DNA of 60,158 nucleotides, the filler included, from Catajapyx aquilonaris (lineage: Eukaryota): assembly GCA_000934665.2 (NCBI GenBank). It is 2 parts of 2 records of this genome, joined end to end, with 100 filler letters (N's around TTAATTAATTAA, not from the genome) between each part and the next. Parts side by side here need not be neighbours in the genome. Positions count along the whole stretch, not along the records: positions 1 to 30,033 come from JYFJ02004698.1; 1 more part is not named here. One strand, 5' to 3'. Both the position numbers and the translations under genes were made by a program. The notes beneath the pieces are model-generated. The model did no database searches, was not told where the DNA came from, and worked only from the letters and a program-made list of their open reading frames with translations. Shown here piece by piece: positions 1-10,890 of the stretch (position 1 is the first letter of the stretch; every line of letters starts with the position of its first letter).

Positions 1-176
1 GGCACAACAAGTATCACAATCAGTCTGGCACACTCACAATGTTCCTTTGTTCCACCGCCACGTGGCTAGGCCTAGCTAACAGGGTCCACCAACCAGGCTC
101 CAGTGCAGGAAAACGGGTTCCCGGGCACTGCAACAGTGCAGTACAACACGGTGTAACCGGGGTACACGTTCCACTT

Positions 177-186
177 CTCGTCGCCA
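177..186 (-). promoter_or_regulatory. Primer binding site TGGCGACGAG, complementary to the 3' end of tRNA-Ser(GCU)
   Basis: TGGCGACGAG lies immediately after the LTR's terminal CA. It is complementary to the ...CTCGTCGCCA 3' end of eukaryotic tRNA-Ser(GCU). Confidence 0.75.
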
Positions 187-188
187 CT

Positions 189-322
189 TGTTGTGTATTG
201 GGCTAACACAATAATAACACGTCTGCTCTGAGCTGACTCTCGCTTTAATCTGCTCTCTTTACACAGACCTCCGCTAGGAGGCAGCGTAAACCCAAACCTC
301 CGCTAGGAGGCGGTATGCTACA
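189..322 (-). mobile_element. 5' LTR (134 bp) of an LTR retrotransposon, probably Gypsy-like; the internal region runs off the window start
   Basis: The minus strand reads TGTAG...ACAACA (TG..CA termini) with ATTAAA at 244-249 and an internal direct repeat ACCTCCGCTAGGAGGC. It is followed 2 nt later by a PBS. Confidence 0.75.
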
Positions 323-606
323 AAGGTGAAAATGGTTTGCATGTGATAATGGCAGCCTAGCTTATTGTCACCTGATGAACCACTATTCGAGGATGCTGAT
401 GGGGAGACTTAAAATTGTGGGGTTTATGTGATGTGAACACCAGGGTTTTTAGAGACAGTGGCAAACTAAGCATGTCCCAATTGTACTGGTATATCTGCAA
501 TGGGACAAGGCTTTCAAAGGTGACCACCGATTTCGTACAAAGTGCTACTCCAGGTGTTGCTGGAAAGATTTATCAATAAATATGATTTGATTTGATTTGA
601 TTTATT
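323..606 (+). mobile_element. 3' tail of a CR1/L2-like LINE (fragment)
   Basis: Stem-loop TGTCCCA..TGGGACA, then AATAAA followed by a (GATTT)n pentamer tail at about 575-606. The left boundary is uncertain. Confidence 0.4.
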
Positions 607-1352
607 TCCTTGTGTTCACTTAGGTTCCATCCTGCACACACACAAAAATGTTACAATAATTTTTAAATCAGTTTGCACCCTTTTTGAGTTGTGCATTGTA
701 TCGCGTGCAATACACCAGGTCTGGCGACTTGTAAAATGGACGTGTTATTGTCTGCAATACCAAAATCTTATTTTCATTATTCATTTTGGGGAGTGAAATG
801 TCACAAAACAATGCCAGCCAGGCTGCAGGCTCAAGAAAATATTATAATATTACGTTAATTATATTGATGACACTTTGCTCAGGGAAAATTTACAACTTTT
901 ATGGCACTGATTTAAATTTCAGCCATGTCTGTAAGGTGGACTTCAACTAGTCACTTTTCTCCCCATCATAGTTTCTTGCCCCACAAATTATATTGGCCCC
1001 AGCATTTGTTGTAACAACCATTGTTGACCATTGTTGGTCCAGTAATGATCAACAATGGTTTCTGTGAGTAGGCTGGGGCCAACCAGGACCAAGCTGGGCA
1101 GTCTGAGCACATTAGGTCACGGTTTGCATGCATCTGGGTTCTGGGTATGTGCTGCATATTCAGCCTGCTATTTGTAAACACGATTTCTTATAGTCTTATT
1201 GGGTTCCAATAATGTATTGCTCACAATACGTTATGAATAACCTCTGTTATTTCTTTAGTTTGACATGCTAGAGGTTTTTAACTTGTGCGATATAATGCCA
1301 AATCAAGAGCCATATGCAGTCAAGAAATGGAATTTACTGGCTTCATCTCCAT

Positions 1353-1676
1353 GGGATGGTGAAGTGGAGCTGTGGTAACGTATGGTCCCATGGATGTTAA
1401 AGTCCCGGGTTCGATCCCAAGTCCAGGCATTCCCCCCTTCATCCCATGCAGAGTTGGGTCGTCTCTGGCTTCGTCTTGGGTGGGATTTCCATTAGACTAA
1501 CCACCCAGGGAGTTCACAAAATTACCATCGCAATGGCATTCCTCTTGCACTTTGCACATCCCCTCCCACTCACCCAGCCCACCGACCAAGGCATTTTGTT
1601 GAGACAAAAGCTGTATATCCTTGATGAGGAAAATAAAGGTTCATGTGAAACCCTTGTGAGGGTATGCACTACATCA

Positions 1677-1738
<62 letters not shown>
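1353..1738 (+). mobile_element. tRNA-derived SINE with (ATT)n tail
   Basis: Pol III A-box-like TGGAGCTGTGG (1365-1375), B-box GGTTCGATCCC (1408-1418), a body, and an (ATT)n tail at about 1677-1738. Confidence 0.6.
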
Positions 1739-1740
<2 letters not shown>

Positions 1741-2023
1741 GGAACTCATTAAAAACATCAAAACTTACCAGAGCTGTGGCTGGGGACTGAAAGGATTATG
1801 ATTTATTGAGCAATACAATAACTTTTTAAATCAGAGCATACAATGAGCAGAGCAAAGGTCTGTTTATTTTTAAGAGCAATAATGTTTTTTTTCTTCAACT
1901 CGCTAAACTGAGATGTACAGAATGAATATTAGCAGCCGAGTCTTGAGTTGCTGATGACAAGATTGGTGAATACAGATAGTGACATTCTGATATGTAAATA
2001 TACATGGGTTATTTCAGTTTCAT

Positions 2024-2330
2024 GGGGAGGTGTATATGGCCGAGATGGTAACGTCTCGGCTTGCTGAGTGAAAGGCCCCAGGTTCGATCCCCGCCTGGGG
2101 AATTTGTCTTTCACCTGCGTCAGGAGGGTCTCTCACGTGCACCAAGGAGGTGTCTGGCAACCTAACCATGACCCATTTATCGGTATTGCACTTGCACCTA
2201 CGTTCCCTCCCCAACAATCCCCATCCTTAGCTACCCATTGTCCTTGACTTGCCTGTACCGGAGCTTGAAAAAAAACAGAAAAATTACGAGAAAATACAAA
2301 AGGGCTCAGTCCCTCTAATGGGGTTTAAAA
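2024..2330 (+). mobile_element. tRNA-derived SINE
   Basis: A-box TGGCCGAGATGG (2037-2048) and B-box GGTTCGATCCC (2081-2091). The body motif TTGCACTTGCACC...CCCATTGTCCT is shared with 8394-8451. The 3' end is approximate. Confidence 0.65.
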
Positions 2331-3991
2331 AACAGTGCTAATATCTGAATGATAAGAGAGAAAATCAAACCTCAGCCTAAGTGACATCAACATCAAGTGA
2401 CATAATAGGTAAGGGCAGGAAGCTGGGAAGCACAACAGCTGGCCATAAAAAAGGTGTCATCTTTCCATAACCTCAACTAACCTGTTCCCCAGGCAACATG
2501 CGAGTCCTAAAAAAACTTCTGCAACATCTACAGTAAATGCTTGTGGACAATGAGGATGTTAGAGGAAAATATCGAATTCTCTCCAAAGCTAGATGTGTAA
2601 GTCATATATACTCTGGCTGCTTCTGGAGAGTAGGAGCAAAGACTCGCAATGATATTCCACACTTTGCAGGCTTTCTCAACTGGAGCGTAACATGAGTTGT
2701 CCTAGGGCACCATTGTATTGGAAAGTCATACAGTGAACAGTGCCCTACCGTCATCAAAAAAGAAACTGAAGAGCCATAAGATAACCCATTGATTTTGTGT
2801 TGTCCTCATTGCATTGGAAGAGTACTATACCCCTTGAACATTATTGGACCATTGGAATGTTGATCATTTGAATTACAAAATTTAAACCAATCAGCTGTGA
2901 CCAATCAAGAATTATTCTTGACTGATATAATTTCAGAATGACAGTAAATACTCCATATTTTGCAATAAAAGCTATTTAATTAAGGATAACTCCAATTGAA
3001 TTTTCAATATCTCATGTCAGAAGGAACAGTTGATTGCACATTCCAAACTTTTTACATACCTGGCATCCAGCTGATTCACCTTGTGGTTGAACTGTCCATG
3101 AGTATTAATGCAATTGGTGCAAATGAAAACTGATTGTGAATCAACATGTAATTCTGTAGACTACTTGTTCATAACAAGAGAATTTTATCCTCACATGATC
3201 AATGATACAGTATATTTCTCAATGTAGTGGTCTTTCTTTCCATAACAGAGATGGATAAATAGTTCTTACTCACATATGCTCCCAAAACATCAGACCTTGG
3301 CATCTTTGGTTGAGCATATTCAAATTAGCATTTATGAATTGCTCATAAGCTCCACCACCACGTCAAGGAGATGCCTTGGTGGAGTAGTCTTTTTCTACAG
3401 GCAAAGACCACCAACCTCAGGCAGGTCTGATGTCACAAAATTATGATACATGAGAAACTGCATAAATGAAAGGCCTGACAATAATTGCATTATTAAGTAT
3501 TCATTAATGCAGTTTTTCACATTTCATAATAACCTGAGGTTGACAAGAAGCCATACACTATAGAAGCTATGCAATAGAAAGGCTATATAAAATATTCAGC
3601 GACATGTTGAATGGACTGTCATTACATTATTAGTGGTGTTTAAAAATAACTATATATAAATATGGAATATGCCAATATTAACTATAGCAATGTAGTTAAT
3701 ACAGTAACTGATATAAAATAAAATAACGTAATGCAAGTAATTAAGTATAATAAATAAGTATATTATTAATTTCTTAATCACAAAATAATATAAGTAAGAC
3801 TAAACATGTATGATAACATTTTAAGAATAAGGCTATATATTTTAAAACAAATATAATGGAAGTATAAAATAATAATACCAACAACAAAACAGTTGAACAA
3901 ACACACACAAATACTATACTTATCACAGAGGAGAAACTGCAATCCTGGAATCAGAAAGGAATGTCATATTATTCGATATTAATTATTACAC

Positions 3992-4337
3992 ACCTGCCTA
4001 TGGCTCTGAATCTGTCTTGGCACTTGGTAGCAGGTAAGCTAGATCTAGAATAATTAATTACTGATTAATCAATGAAAATGTATGATACATGCAACAATAA
4101 GGGACTGCAGCAATTTCTTATTAAGACCCTTGCAAAACCTGCCTATGGCTCTCATGAGATAATCCGTCTCGGCCCTCGGTAGCTGGTATATGCTAGATCT
4201 AGGATAATTAATTACTGCAATCAACCAAAATGTACATGCAACAATAATGGATGCAACAATTTTCTGAAGACCCTTGCAAAACCTGCCTATGGCTCTCATG
4301 AGATAATCCGTCTCGGCACTCGGTAGCAGGTATGCTC
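3992..4337. repeat. Tandem repeat, ~144-bp unit, ~2.4 copies, just downstream of the MULE ORF
   Basis: ACCTGCCTATGGCTCT recurs at 3992, 4137 and 4281, with collinear flanks (GCTAGATCTAG, TAATTAATTACTG, AAGACCCTTGCAAA). Confidence 0.9.
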
Positions 4338-4487
4338 AGGTCTTCTACTTGTTATGATCAATATTATTATCAGAGACAAAGTTTATAACGAGCAAGCATG
4401 CTACAAACACTGGTGCAATAATTGCATGCATCTAGTCCCACACACAGCACACCCCAACCATAAAGACAGCAAGCACGCAGAAACACT

Positions 4488-7400
4488 TCAAGAATGAGCT
4501 GGGACTGATTGTGCTTCACAAATGGAATGGCAAAACCACTTCATGCCCCTTGGTGGTTTCCGCTTCACACCTACACAGTCCCAATGGTACCACTTGGCAC
4601 ATCCTTCATTATCGCAACCAATCATGTCTCGTTTTCCTGTCACTACCGCACATTTCCAGCACTTCCACTGATCTTGCAAAACCTTCATGATGTTCTCAAC
4701 AGCAAGCCATGCATCTGCAGTGAAATATTCTTTAGCACATGTCCAGTTCCTGTCCAGCACTTCAGTGTTAATGTCATCTAGCTTAGTATATACATGCTTC
4801 TCCTCTATCTTGCAGCCAAAATTCTTAAGAGACCAAACACCTTCATCATGGCAGATCATATTCAAAATTTTTAAATTTGCAACTGTAACAAAAGACTTCC
4901 GCTTTTGATGTTTAGGAGCAGGAATGCATGGCACTTGCTCGGTGGTATTTGCTGTTCTACTGTCACCATCATGTGGCTCATCGAGATATGCCATCTCAAC
5001 ATCACATGAATCAGAATCAATGGGTGCTGGTAATGAATTGGAATCATTCAGTGTGGGCAGGACTACTCTCATTTCCACCAAGAGGTCGTGCGTTTCTCTT
5101 ACGGTTGGCTTATTTAAACGAGCAGTGCGAATTTGTGCCCTAGGTTTCTTTGTGCTGGTAAAACGACGCACTTGCCTGTCAATTTTTTTGTTTGGTGCAG
5201 GACGAGCATGCTGTGCTGCATGTGGGAGAAAACCACCTACTGCCCCGGATCCCAGCTGCGCAAACTTGGACAAAGTAGTTATACGCTTGGTGCAATGAGC
5301 AACATCTTCCTCTGAATCCATTTGCATAACCTGCTGAATGAGACCTAAGCAAATGGCTTCAAACTGCTCCTTTTGTTTTTGCAAACTAGTAGCAGGTTTT
5401 GAAATCATCTGAACGATTTCTGCTACTTCTCCAGTATTTGCATACTGGTCTGCAACAACAGCAGAGGGAACAGTAGTTGTTGATGGGTCTGCACTGCCCT
5501 TTATAAATCTGCAAACCAGGTGCACATGCTTGCAAATGAGACCAAGAATGAGTCGATCTTTGCAGGTGCAAGTGAACTCATGGATACAGATAGAACATGC
5601 TGAGCACCTTTCTTGGCAAGCACAAATCACCCCTGTTCGCTCTACCGAATACTCTTTGCCTGACCCTGACTGTGAAGGTACAATGTAGCTAGGCCTACCT
5701 ACTTCAGTACGAATTGTGCGCATGTCCATCCCTTTGCTGTTCTTATGGCGCGACCTAATCAGTCTAATCTTATGTGTCACTTTGCCTTTGGTGAGCTTGA
5801 CCAGCCGTTCCATTCCGCATGCATCCCCCATGTCCATAAGCCTGTCAATGAGCTTGTCGATTCGGCGGTTGTGAATCCCGTGCAAATAGGAGTGTTTGAG
5901 GATCTTATGGAATGCCTCTATCGTCATGTTAGTGTTAGCCCCTGCTCCAAGCCTATAACAATGAGCCCATTGTTCACTCTTGAGTGAATACTCACTTTGG
6001 AAGTACGCACAAAACTTTCTTGTGCTATCATCCTGACTTGTGAGCCATTCTATGAATAGTTTTAGAAGCTGCTCATGACGACATACATTACTCGCTTCCA
6101 AAACTGCACGCAAAAAGGTGTAAGTCTTTTGCCTGATCTCCTTATCTCTTATCATGTGCAGTTTACCTTGCCAAGCTCTATCGACATGCCATGCGCACAG
6201 AAGCTTCTGTGGATTACCCTTGAACACATGCTTCCATGCCGTGTAATACTGATCAGCACCATCAGTCATAACACATGCAGGTTCAATATCTCCAGTCCTG
6301 GCATGCACAGCAAGAAAAAACTGAACCAACAGGGCCTGGTCTTTCCTGTTACTAAGGCACCAGGCAACTGGGATGCCTTCACCAAACTCATCTCTTACGA
6401 CAATAGATATCAACTGAAAATCATAGCTGTTGGTCCCATGTGTTGCGTCAAGAAATACCACCTTACTTGGTGCAAACTTTTCCATCATGTGCCGTTGGAA
6501 TTCAGTTTGGATGACAAGAATGAAATCGCCATCAGCTAAGTCATTGCTATTAGCACCCTGTTGTTCACCCTGAAACTTTGCAAGGAGTACTGGATTCTTA
6601 TCACCCTTGTCTTCCATTTCCTTCACCCACATCAAAACGCTTGTAGCATCGTCATCATGTAGATTGCCATGCCCTGCAATCCCATAGGACTTACCGATGT
6701 TTTTGATATCATTCCTGGTTAGTAGGTGCTTTCTACTTAAGACTCCATCACCCTTGAGTTCCCGTGCATCATGCAAGATAGTCTCAGTACCTAACTTGGC
6801 CTTCAACTGGTGCGCAATTAATTCCTTGTCATTGCCGCTTAGTGGTAGCAAACCAAGATTCAGCTCATGCCCATAATGTTCCATGGAATATGATACATGA
6901 TATTCACCAGAAGAGTTCATGACCTTAATTACCATGTGTGCAGTGCAATGCATGTCAATCTTTCTGCTCTTGTGAAAGTCATTCCCTATCTGAGCCCTGC
7001 ACTTTCCTGACCTGCTGCAGTACATACGGACAACCTTGTAGTGAGCGTACATCTCAATGCCAGAACCTTGCACAAAACGTGTCGTGGTCTGTTGTTCCAT
7101 GTCTGTCTTCCAAGTCTCAAATTCTGACACATCAGTAAAGCTTTTCACCTGAATGCAATATTTTGCAGAGTCGTGAGTTTCGCGCAAGTGGTGCATGAGG
7201 TCTTTCAAAGTCCCAAAAGTATCGGTACAGCCTTGACATCGTATATGCTGCTCATTTGCGTCAATTACCATGTCCTTGTGTTCACTCTGAATGTGATTGT
7301 CAAGGTCTAAAAATGTTCCCGTGCAATACTGGCGAACATTACCAAGCGAAACACTTTCATCTTCTCCCTCGATAGCATTCCCACATGTTGCAATATCATC

Positions 7401-7697
7401 AATAAGAGCCTGTTCCTGTGGAGAAGTGACTGTTGTCGCTTCATTTCCCACTAGCTGATTCAGATTAATATGAATCTTCCGATGTCGATGGAGACTCGGT
7501 CTGTGTTGAAAATTTTTGCCACAAATCTCGCATGTAAATACGCCATTGACCTCGCTTTTTTCAGGGTGTCCATTCTTCCCCCGACTTCTAAGCTTGTGCT
7601 GCCGGAGGCTGTTTTTGTTTTTGAAACCCTTTCCACAAACCTCACATGTAAATACCTCATTATCAAGGCAAGACAAACTAGATGCAGGTTGCTCCAT
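4488..7697 (-). CDS. Mutator-like (MULE/MuDR) transposase: C2H2 zinc fingers + FAR1/WRKY-like DBD + DDE + SWIM + PHD finger
   Basis: Uninterrupted 1069-aa ORF. N-terminal C2H2 fingers (CEVCGKGF..H, CEICGKNF..HRKIH) and a C..C..HxxH DBD. MULE core FLD417ATH...MTD479G...C501AWH...TIE594AFH. SWIM CTC..CKH. C-terminal PHD C..C..MIGCDN..C..WYH..C..WFC..C. Confidence 0.9.
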   Translation of the reverse strand: MEQPASSLSCLDNEVFTCEVCGKGFKNKNSLRQHKLRSRGKNGHPEKSEVNGVFTCEICGKNFQHRPSLHRHRKIHINLNQLVGNEATTVTSPQEQALIDDIATCGNAIEGEDESVSLGNVRQYCTGTFLDLDNHIQSEHKDMVIDANEQHIRCQGCTDTFGTLKDLMHHLRETHDSAKYCIQVKSFTDVSEFETWKTDMEQQTTTRFVQGSGIEMYAHYKVVRMYCSRSGKCRAQIGNDFHKSRKIDMHCTAHMVIKVMNSSGEYHVSYSMEHYGHELNLGLLPLSGNDKELIAHQLKAKLGTETILHDARELKGDGVLSRKHLLTRNDIKNIGKSYGIAGHGNLHDDDATSVLMWVKEMEDKGDKNPVLLAKFQGEQQGANSNDLADGDFILVIQTEFQRHMMEKFAPSKVVFLDATHGTNSYDFQLISIVVRDEFGEGIPVAWCLSNRKDQALLVQFFLAVHARTGDIEPACVMTDGADQYYTAWKHVFKGNPQKLLCAWHVDRAWQGKLHMIRDKEIRQKTYTFLRAVLEASNVCRHEQLLKLFIEWLTSQDDSTRKFCAYFQSEYSLKSEQWAHCYRLGAGANTNMTIEAFHKILKHSYLHGIHNRRIDKLIDRLMDMGDACGMERLVKLTKGKVTHKIRLIRSRHKNSKGMDMRTIRTEVGRPSYIVPSQSGSGKEYSVERTGVICACQERCSACSICIHEFTCTCKDRLILGLICKHVHLVCRFIKGSADPSTTTVPSAVVADQYANTGEVAEIVQMISKPATSLQKQKEQFEAICLGLIQQVMQMDSEEDVAHCTKRITTLSKFAQLGSGAVGGFLPHAAQHARPAPNKKIDRQVRRFTSTKKPRAQIRTARLNKPTVRETHDLLVEMRVVLPTLNDSNSLPAPIDSDSCDVEMAYLDEPHDGDSRTANTTEQVPCIPAPKHQKRKSFVTVANLKILNMICHDEGVWSLKNFGCKIEEKHVYTKLDDINTEVLDRNWTCAKEYFTADAWLAVENIMKVLQDQWKCWKCAVVTGKRDMIGCDNEGCAKWYHWDCVGVKRKPPRGMKWFCHSICEAQSVPAHS

Positions 7698-8389
7698 GGT
7701 ACAAATTCATATGCAGACAAAATCCCACAAAAAAAAATATATGTTTCAAATGCAAGAGTCCCAGAAAATAAGATACGTCACCAAATCCAGTCTGGTTTCC
7801 TCGTCTTGGCTGCGAGTGCTGGTCTCACAGATCCGACAGTGTGGTGTGTAGCTCTAAAACCTTTCTCTTCTACCCCAACCGAAGGAATGAATACAAAGGA
7901 ATGTACCCAAAATGATTCACAGCATGATTCATCACAGTATTGGCGACAGTAGTCTGTCTAGAGACTCTAGACCCATAACGTGACCCACTGCAGGCAATGA
8001 GATTAGAGGGTTTTTTTCAGGGATTTATTTTTATGCCCGCACTTTTGCGACAAGAAGTCTTCGTCAACACAAATACATTTTAAATGCATGTACGCATTAA
8101 CTATATAATAGTCCAAATGGGCACCGTGGAATTCCTTTCTCTCTCGCGTTATCGGCAGGCAGCAGGAGGAAAGTTAGTCATCTCTAAAGCCCCATCAAGG
8201 GTCTAACGGCAAAATTCAAGCTTGTAGTATGACAGTTCCTTTGACTAATAACAGGGTGTTCCACAAGTATGAACACAATTATTGGTAATTGGATTGGATT
8301 GTGGTTGCCAGCAGTATTGTGCCAATTCCAAGAACTCAATCTGTCAACAGCAACCAGCTAGTTGATAAATAACCTGCTAGTTGTCATGT

Positions 8390-8570
8390 CACATTGCACT
8401 GGCACCCGTGTCCCGCCCTTCCCAAAAATCCCTATCCTCTCCCATTGTCCTGCTGTTTCCTTGCATCGAAGATTGAAGAGAATAGTACAAGAATATTGAT
8501 GGTGTGGTGTACCACCCACCAAAGAGGCCTATGTAGGCTATCACAGGGTAAAATAAATAAAAATACAATA
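8390..8570 (+). mobile_element. SINE body/3' fragment related to the 2024-2330 element
   Basis: Shares TTGCACT.GCACC..TCCC..AATCCC.ATCCT..CCCATTGTCCT with 2186-2244 and ends in an A-rich tail. Confidence 0.4.
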
Positions 8571-9036
8571 AATGTTTAAAAAATACTGGTACATATCTGT
8601 ACATATACAGAAAAATCTTTGCAGCTGGAAATGTCGGACAGAATTCATTTTTACCCGTAGGTAACCAGCCAACACTAGCTGACAGCTTCTGCTACCGAAT
8701 GAAACCCTTTCATTAGGAATGTTTGTACGTATTTATATTTTCTGTCCACAATTATTAGCTTGCAGGGCGGTTTGAATTTATTAAGCTCGTTATCTTGACA
8801 GCAATGGTAAGGTTGGTAGTTATACGTGCTGAGAAGGATCATTATGGTCAGGCATGGAACCGTATCGGTTAGATGATGAGGTCATATGTTTTGCCTCCCA
8901 CCTCCGGTAGTATTTAACAGCAAGCTCAGTCCCCTCTTACTCTACTTTATTTCACTTTGCTTTACTTATAAGTTGTAACTGAAATGATAATATTGCAGAT
9001 ACGACACGTATGTGCCTTTAACATAAGGCGACATAG

Positions 9037-9804
9037 CTCTGGCAGACCCATCTGAACTAATTTCACTCTGTTTCCAAGCAGCTATTTCAGTGAAGAATCC
9101 AAATAAATTCGAATGGATCGCAGCAGTTAGGAAGATGTTTCTTGACGCAGGATTATCTATCTTGACACCTGGTTCAACAACTCAGATAAAATTAATTTAG
9201 AGAACATTGTAGAATATTTTATTCAATCTTCTATAACTGAAGATGTTACTCGCGGCTCAAATTCGAAGAAGAATTACGCCCATTATAAGCACTTATTAAC
9301 GGATCACTTAAGAGAAAGTTACTTCGATTACCAGTTACCTCTTCCTGCCACAAGATTGGCTGCTAATCTAAGAAACAACTCAACATCTTATTGGCTAAAG
9401 GCTACATTATCCGCCTGGACAAAACTGCTGTACTGTAGGCCTACACTATGTAATAGCCTTGCTTAGACGCTTTTGACCTTTTCCACTTTTTGTATGAATG
9501 TTATTTCTTCTCAGAGTACAGAGATAAATTTTTGGTTGGGTTACCTCGGCTCCCCCCATATTCAGTGACTTTACTTTTGCAACACTTGGCTAAAGAAGAT
9601 CTTTTCAGTTTGTACACCTTTTTTTATGGCAGCAGCAAAAAATTACAATTCTGTGACATAACACTATGGCCCCTTTGATACACTGTAAGATAGGCCTATA
9701 ATTATATGCACCCTCTGTTAATCAACACACATATTATAATAAGGTGAGTCCCCCTCCCCTCCCTGAACATGTTTGTAGGGGAAGGGAAATAAATCGTTAT
9801 TATC

Positions 9805-9876
<72 letters not shown>

Positions 9877-9889
9877 GTTATTATTATTA
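9037..9889 (+). mobile_element. 5'-truncated non-LTR retrotransposon (RTEX/CR1-group-like ORF2 C-terminus) with an 18-bp TSD
   Basis: TAACATAAGGCGACATAG flanks the insert at 9019-9036 and 9890-9907. Degenerate ORF2 end with CCHC knuckle (C...C...DLFHFLYECYFFSEYRDKFL), a 3' stem-loop, AATAAA at 9788-9793, and an (ATT)n tail. Confidence 0.8.
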
Positions 9890-9942
9890 TAACATAAGGC
9901 GACATAGTTAGCTAACTATGTCGCCTTATGTTATAATAATAA
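9881..9942. repeat. Perfect 62-bp palindrome
   Basis: TTATTATTATAACATAAGGCGACATAGTTAG|CTAACTATGTCGCCTTATGTTATAATAATAA, centred on 9911/9912. Confidence 0.95.
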
Positions 9943-10599
9943 GTGCTTTGTTCCTTGGCGCCTTCCCGATCTTGCAAAAATCAACATGACGATGAAGGAA
10001 GGAGAAGCTCTGAAACGAATGCTTTACAATTTGCATTCTATAAATACCTGTCTGCAACATTGCCTACCATTAATACATTCAAATAAGTCAGTCCATTATT
10101 TCCACCAGATTATTTAGGCTATATAATAAGGGTATTTATTGTGTTGTGTTTATTAAACCTGGTGTAATGATATGAGATACACGCATACAGCAAAAACAAA
10201 TATGCAATAAATTACGGCATATGCCATTATTTGTGTCAAGTACTGTCAGGAAAAGGCAATAAGGCAGGCCAGATCCCAACCCGCAAGTTGCATTCCAAGA
10301 CTCTCTTTTCGTCCCCCTCGCGACGCCTCCAGGGGTTTGCATTCTCAAGCAGACACATGTGGCATTCATGGTGTGTGTGTGTCACGCTGGGTGGGTGGGA
10401 GCCAGGCGGGAGCACTGGGAGGGTGGCGGAGAGGGGTCTGGGAGGGAGGGGAGGCCTTCCCATCCTCCCTCTCTCCTTCTGTGGGCCCCGCACAGCGCGT
10501 TCGAATGGCATGAAGCATGGAGACATGCGCCACGCACCTCTGCGCACACCCTGACGTCACAGTGTCACGATGCTACTCCTGCAGGAACCTTTACGTCGG

Positions 10600-10890
10600 C
10601 TGCAACATTATCGGACGAGGTGTTTGTGGCATGGTTGCATGCATTGAGGAGAAACCCATTATTTGGGACGTGTGGACTCGGCAGAACACGGATTCCAAAG
10701 AGAGAGCACGGGAGGAGGTCCCCCAGAACAGCAGCGTGACTGGTGGTTTTTCACGGCGGAACGTTCCTTGCCGTTCCATTCCTGTGTTCCCTTTATTATT
10801 CCCAACCACGAACCACCCCCTCTTGTGGCGTGCGCTCGCTGTCTGACAGGTTTTGGGCGCAGCGCACGACGAGAAAACGTGGGACTCAGC
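10600..10890 (+). pseudogene. Degenerate MADF (Myb/SANT-like) gene of a PIF/Harbinger element
   Basis: Frameshifted peptides LSDEVF / VACIEEKPIIWD..KERAREEV / RSLSDRF..RK match the MADF pattern (ERPxLWD..KExAWEEV..WxSLRDRF). Confidence 0.6.

Noticed and set aside
691..716. miR-33-like GTGCATTGTA hairpin (also a miR-29/285-like 13-mer near 55500)
   Set aside because: Only partial matches to the mature sequence, with no pre-miRNA-length hairpin.
1353..2100. Two tRNA genes
   Set aside because: A/B boxes are present but there is no complete cloverleaf or acceptor stem, and each is followed by a SINE-like body.
3600..8245. ACTGTCAT match as the MULE TIR pair
   Set aside because: The match is too short and there is no flanking TSD.
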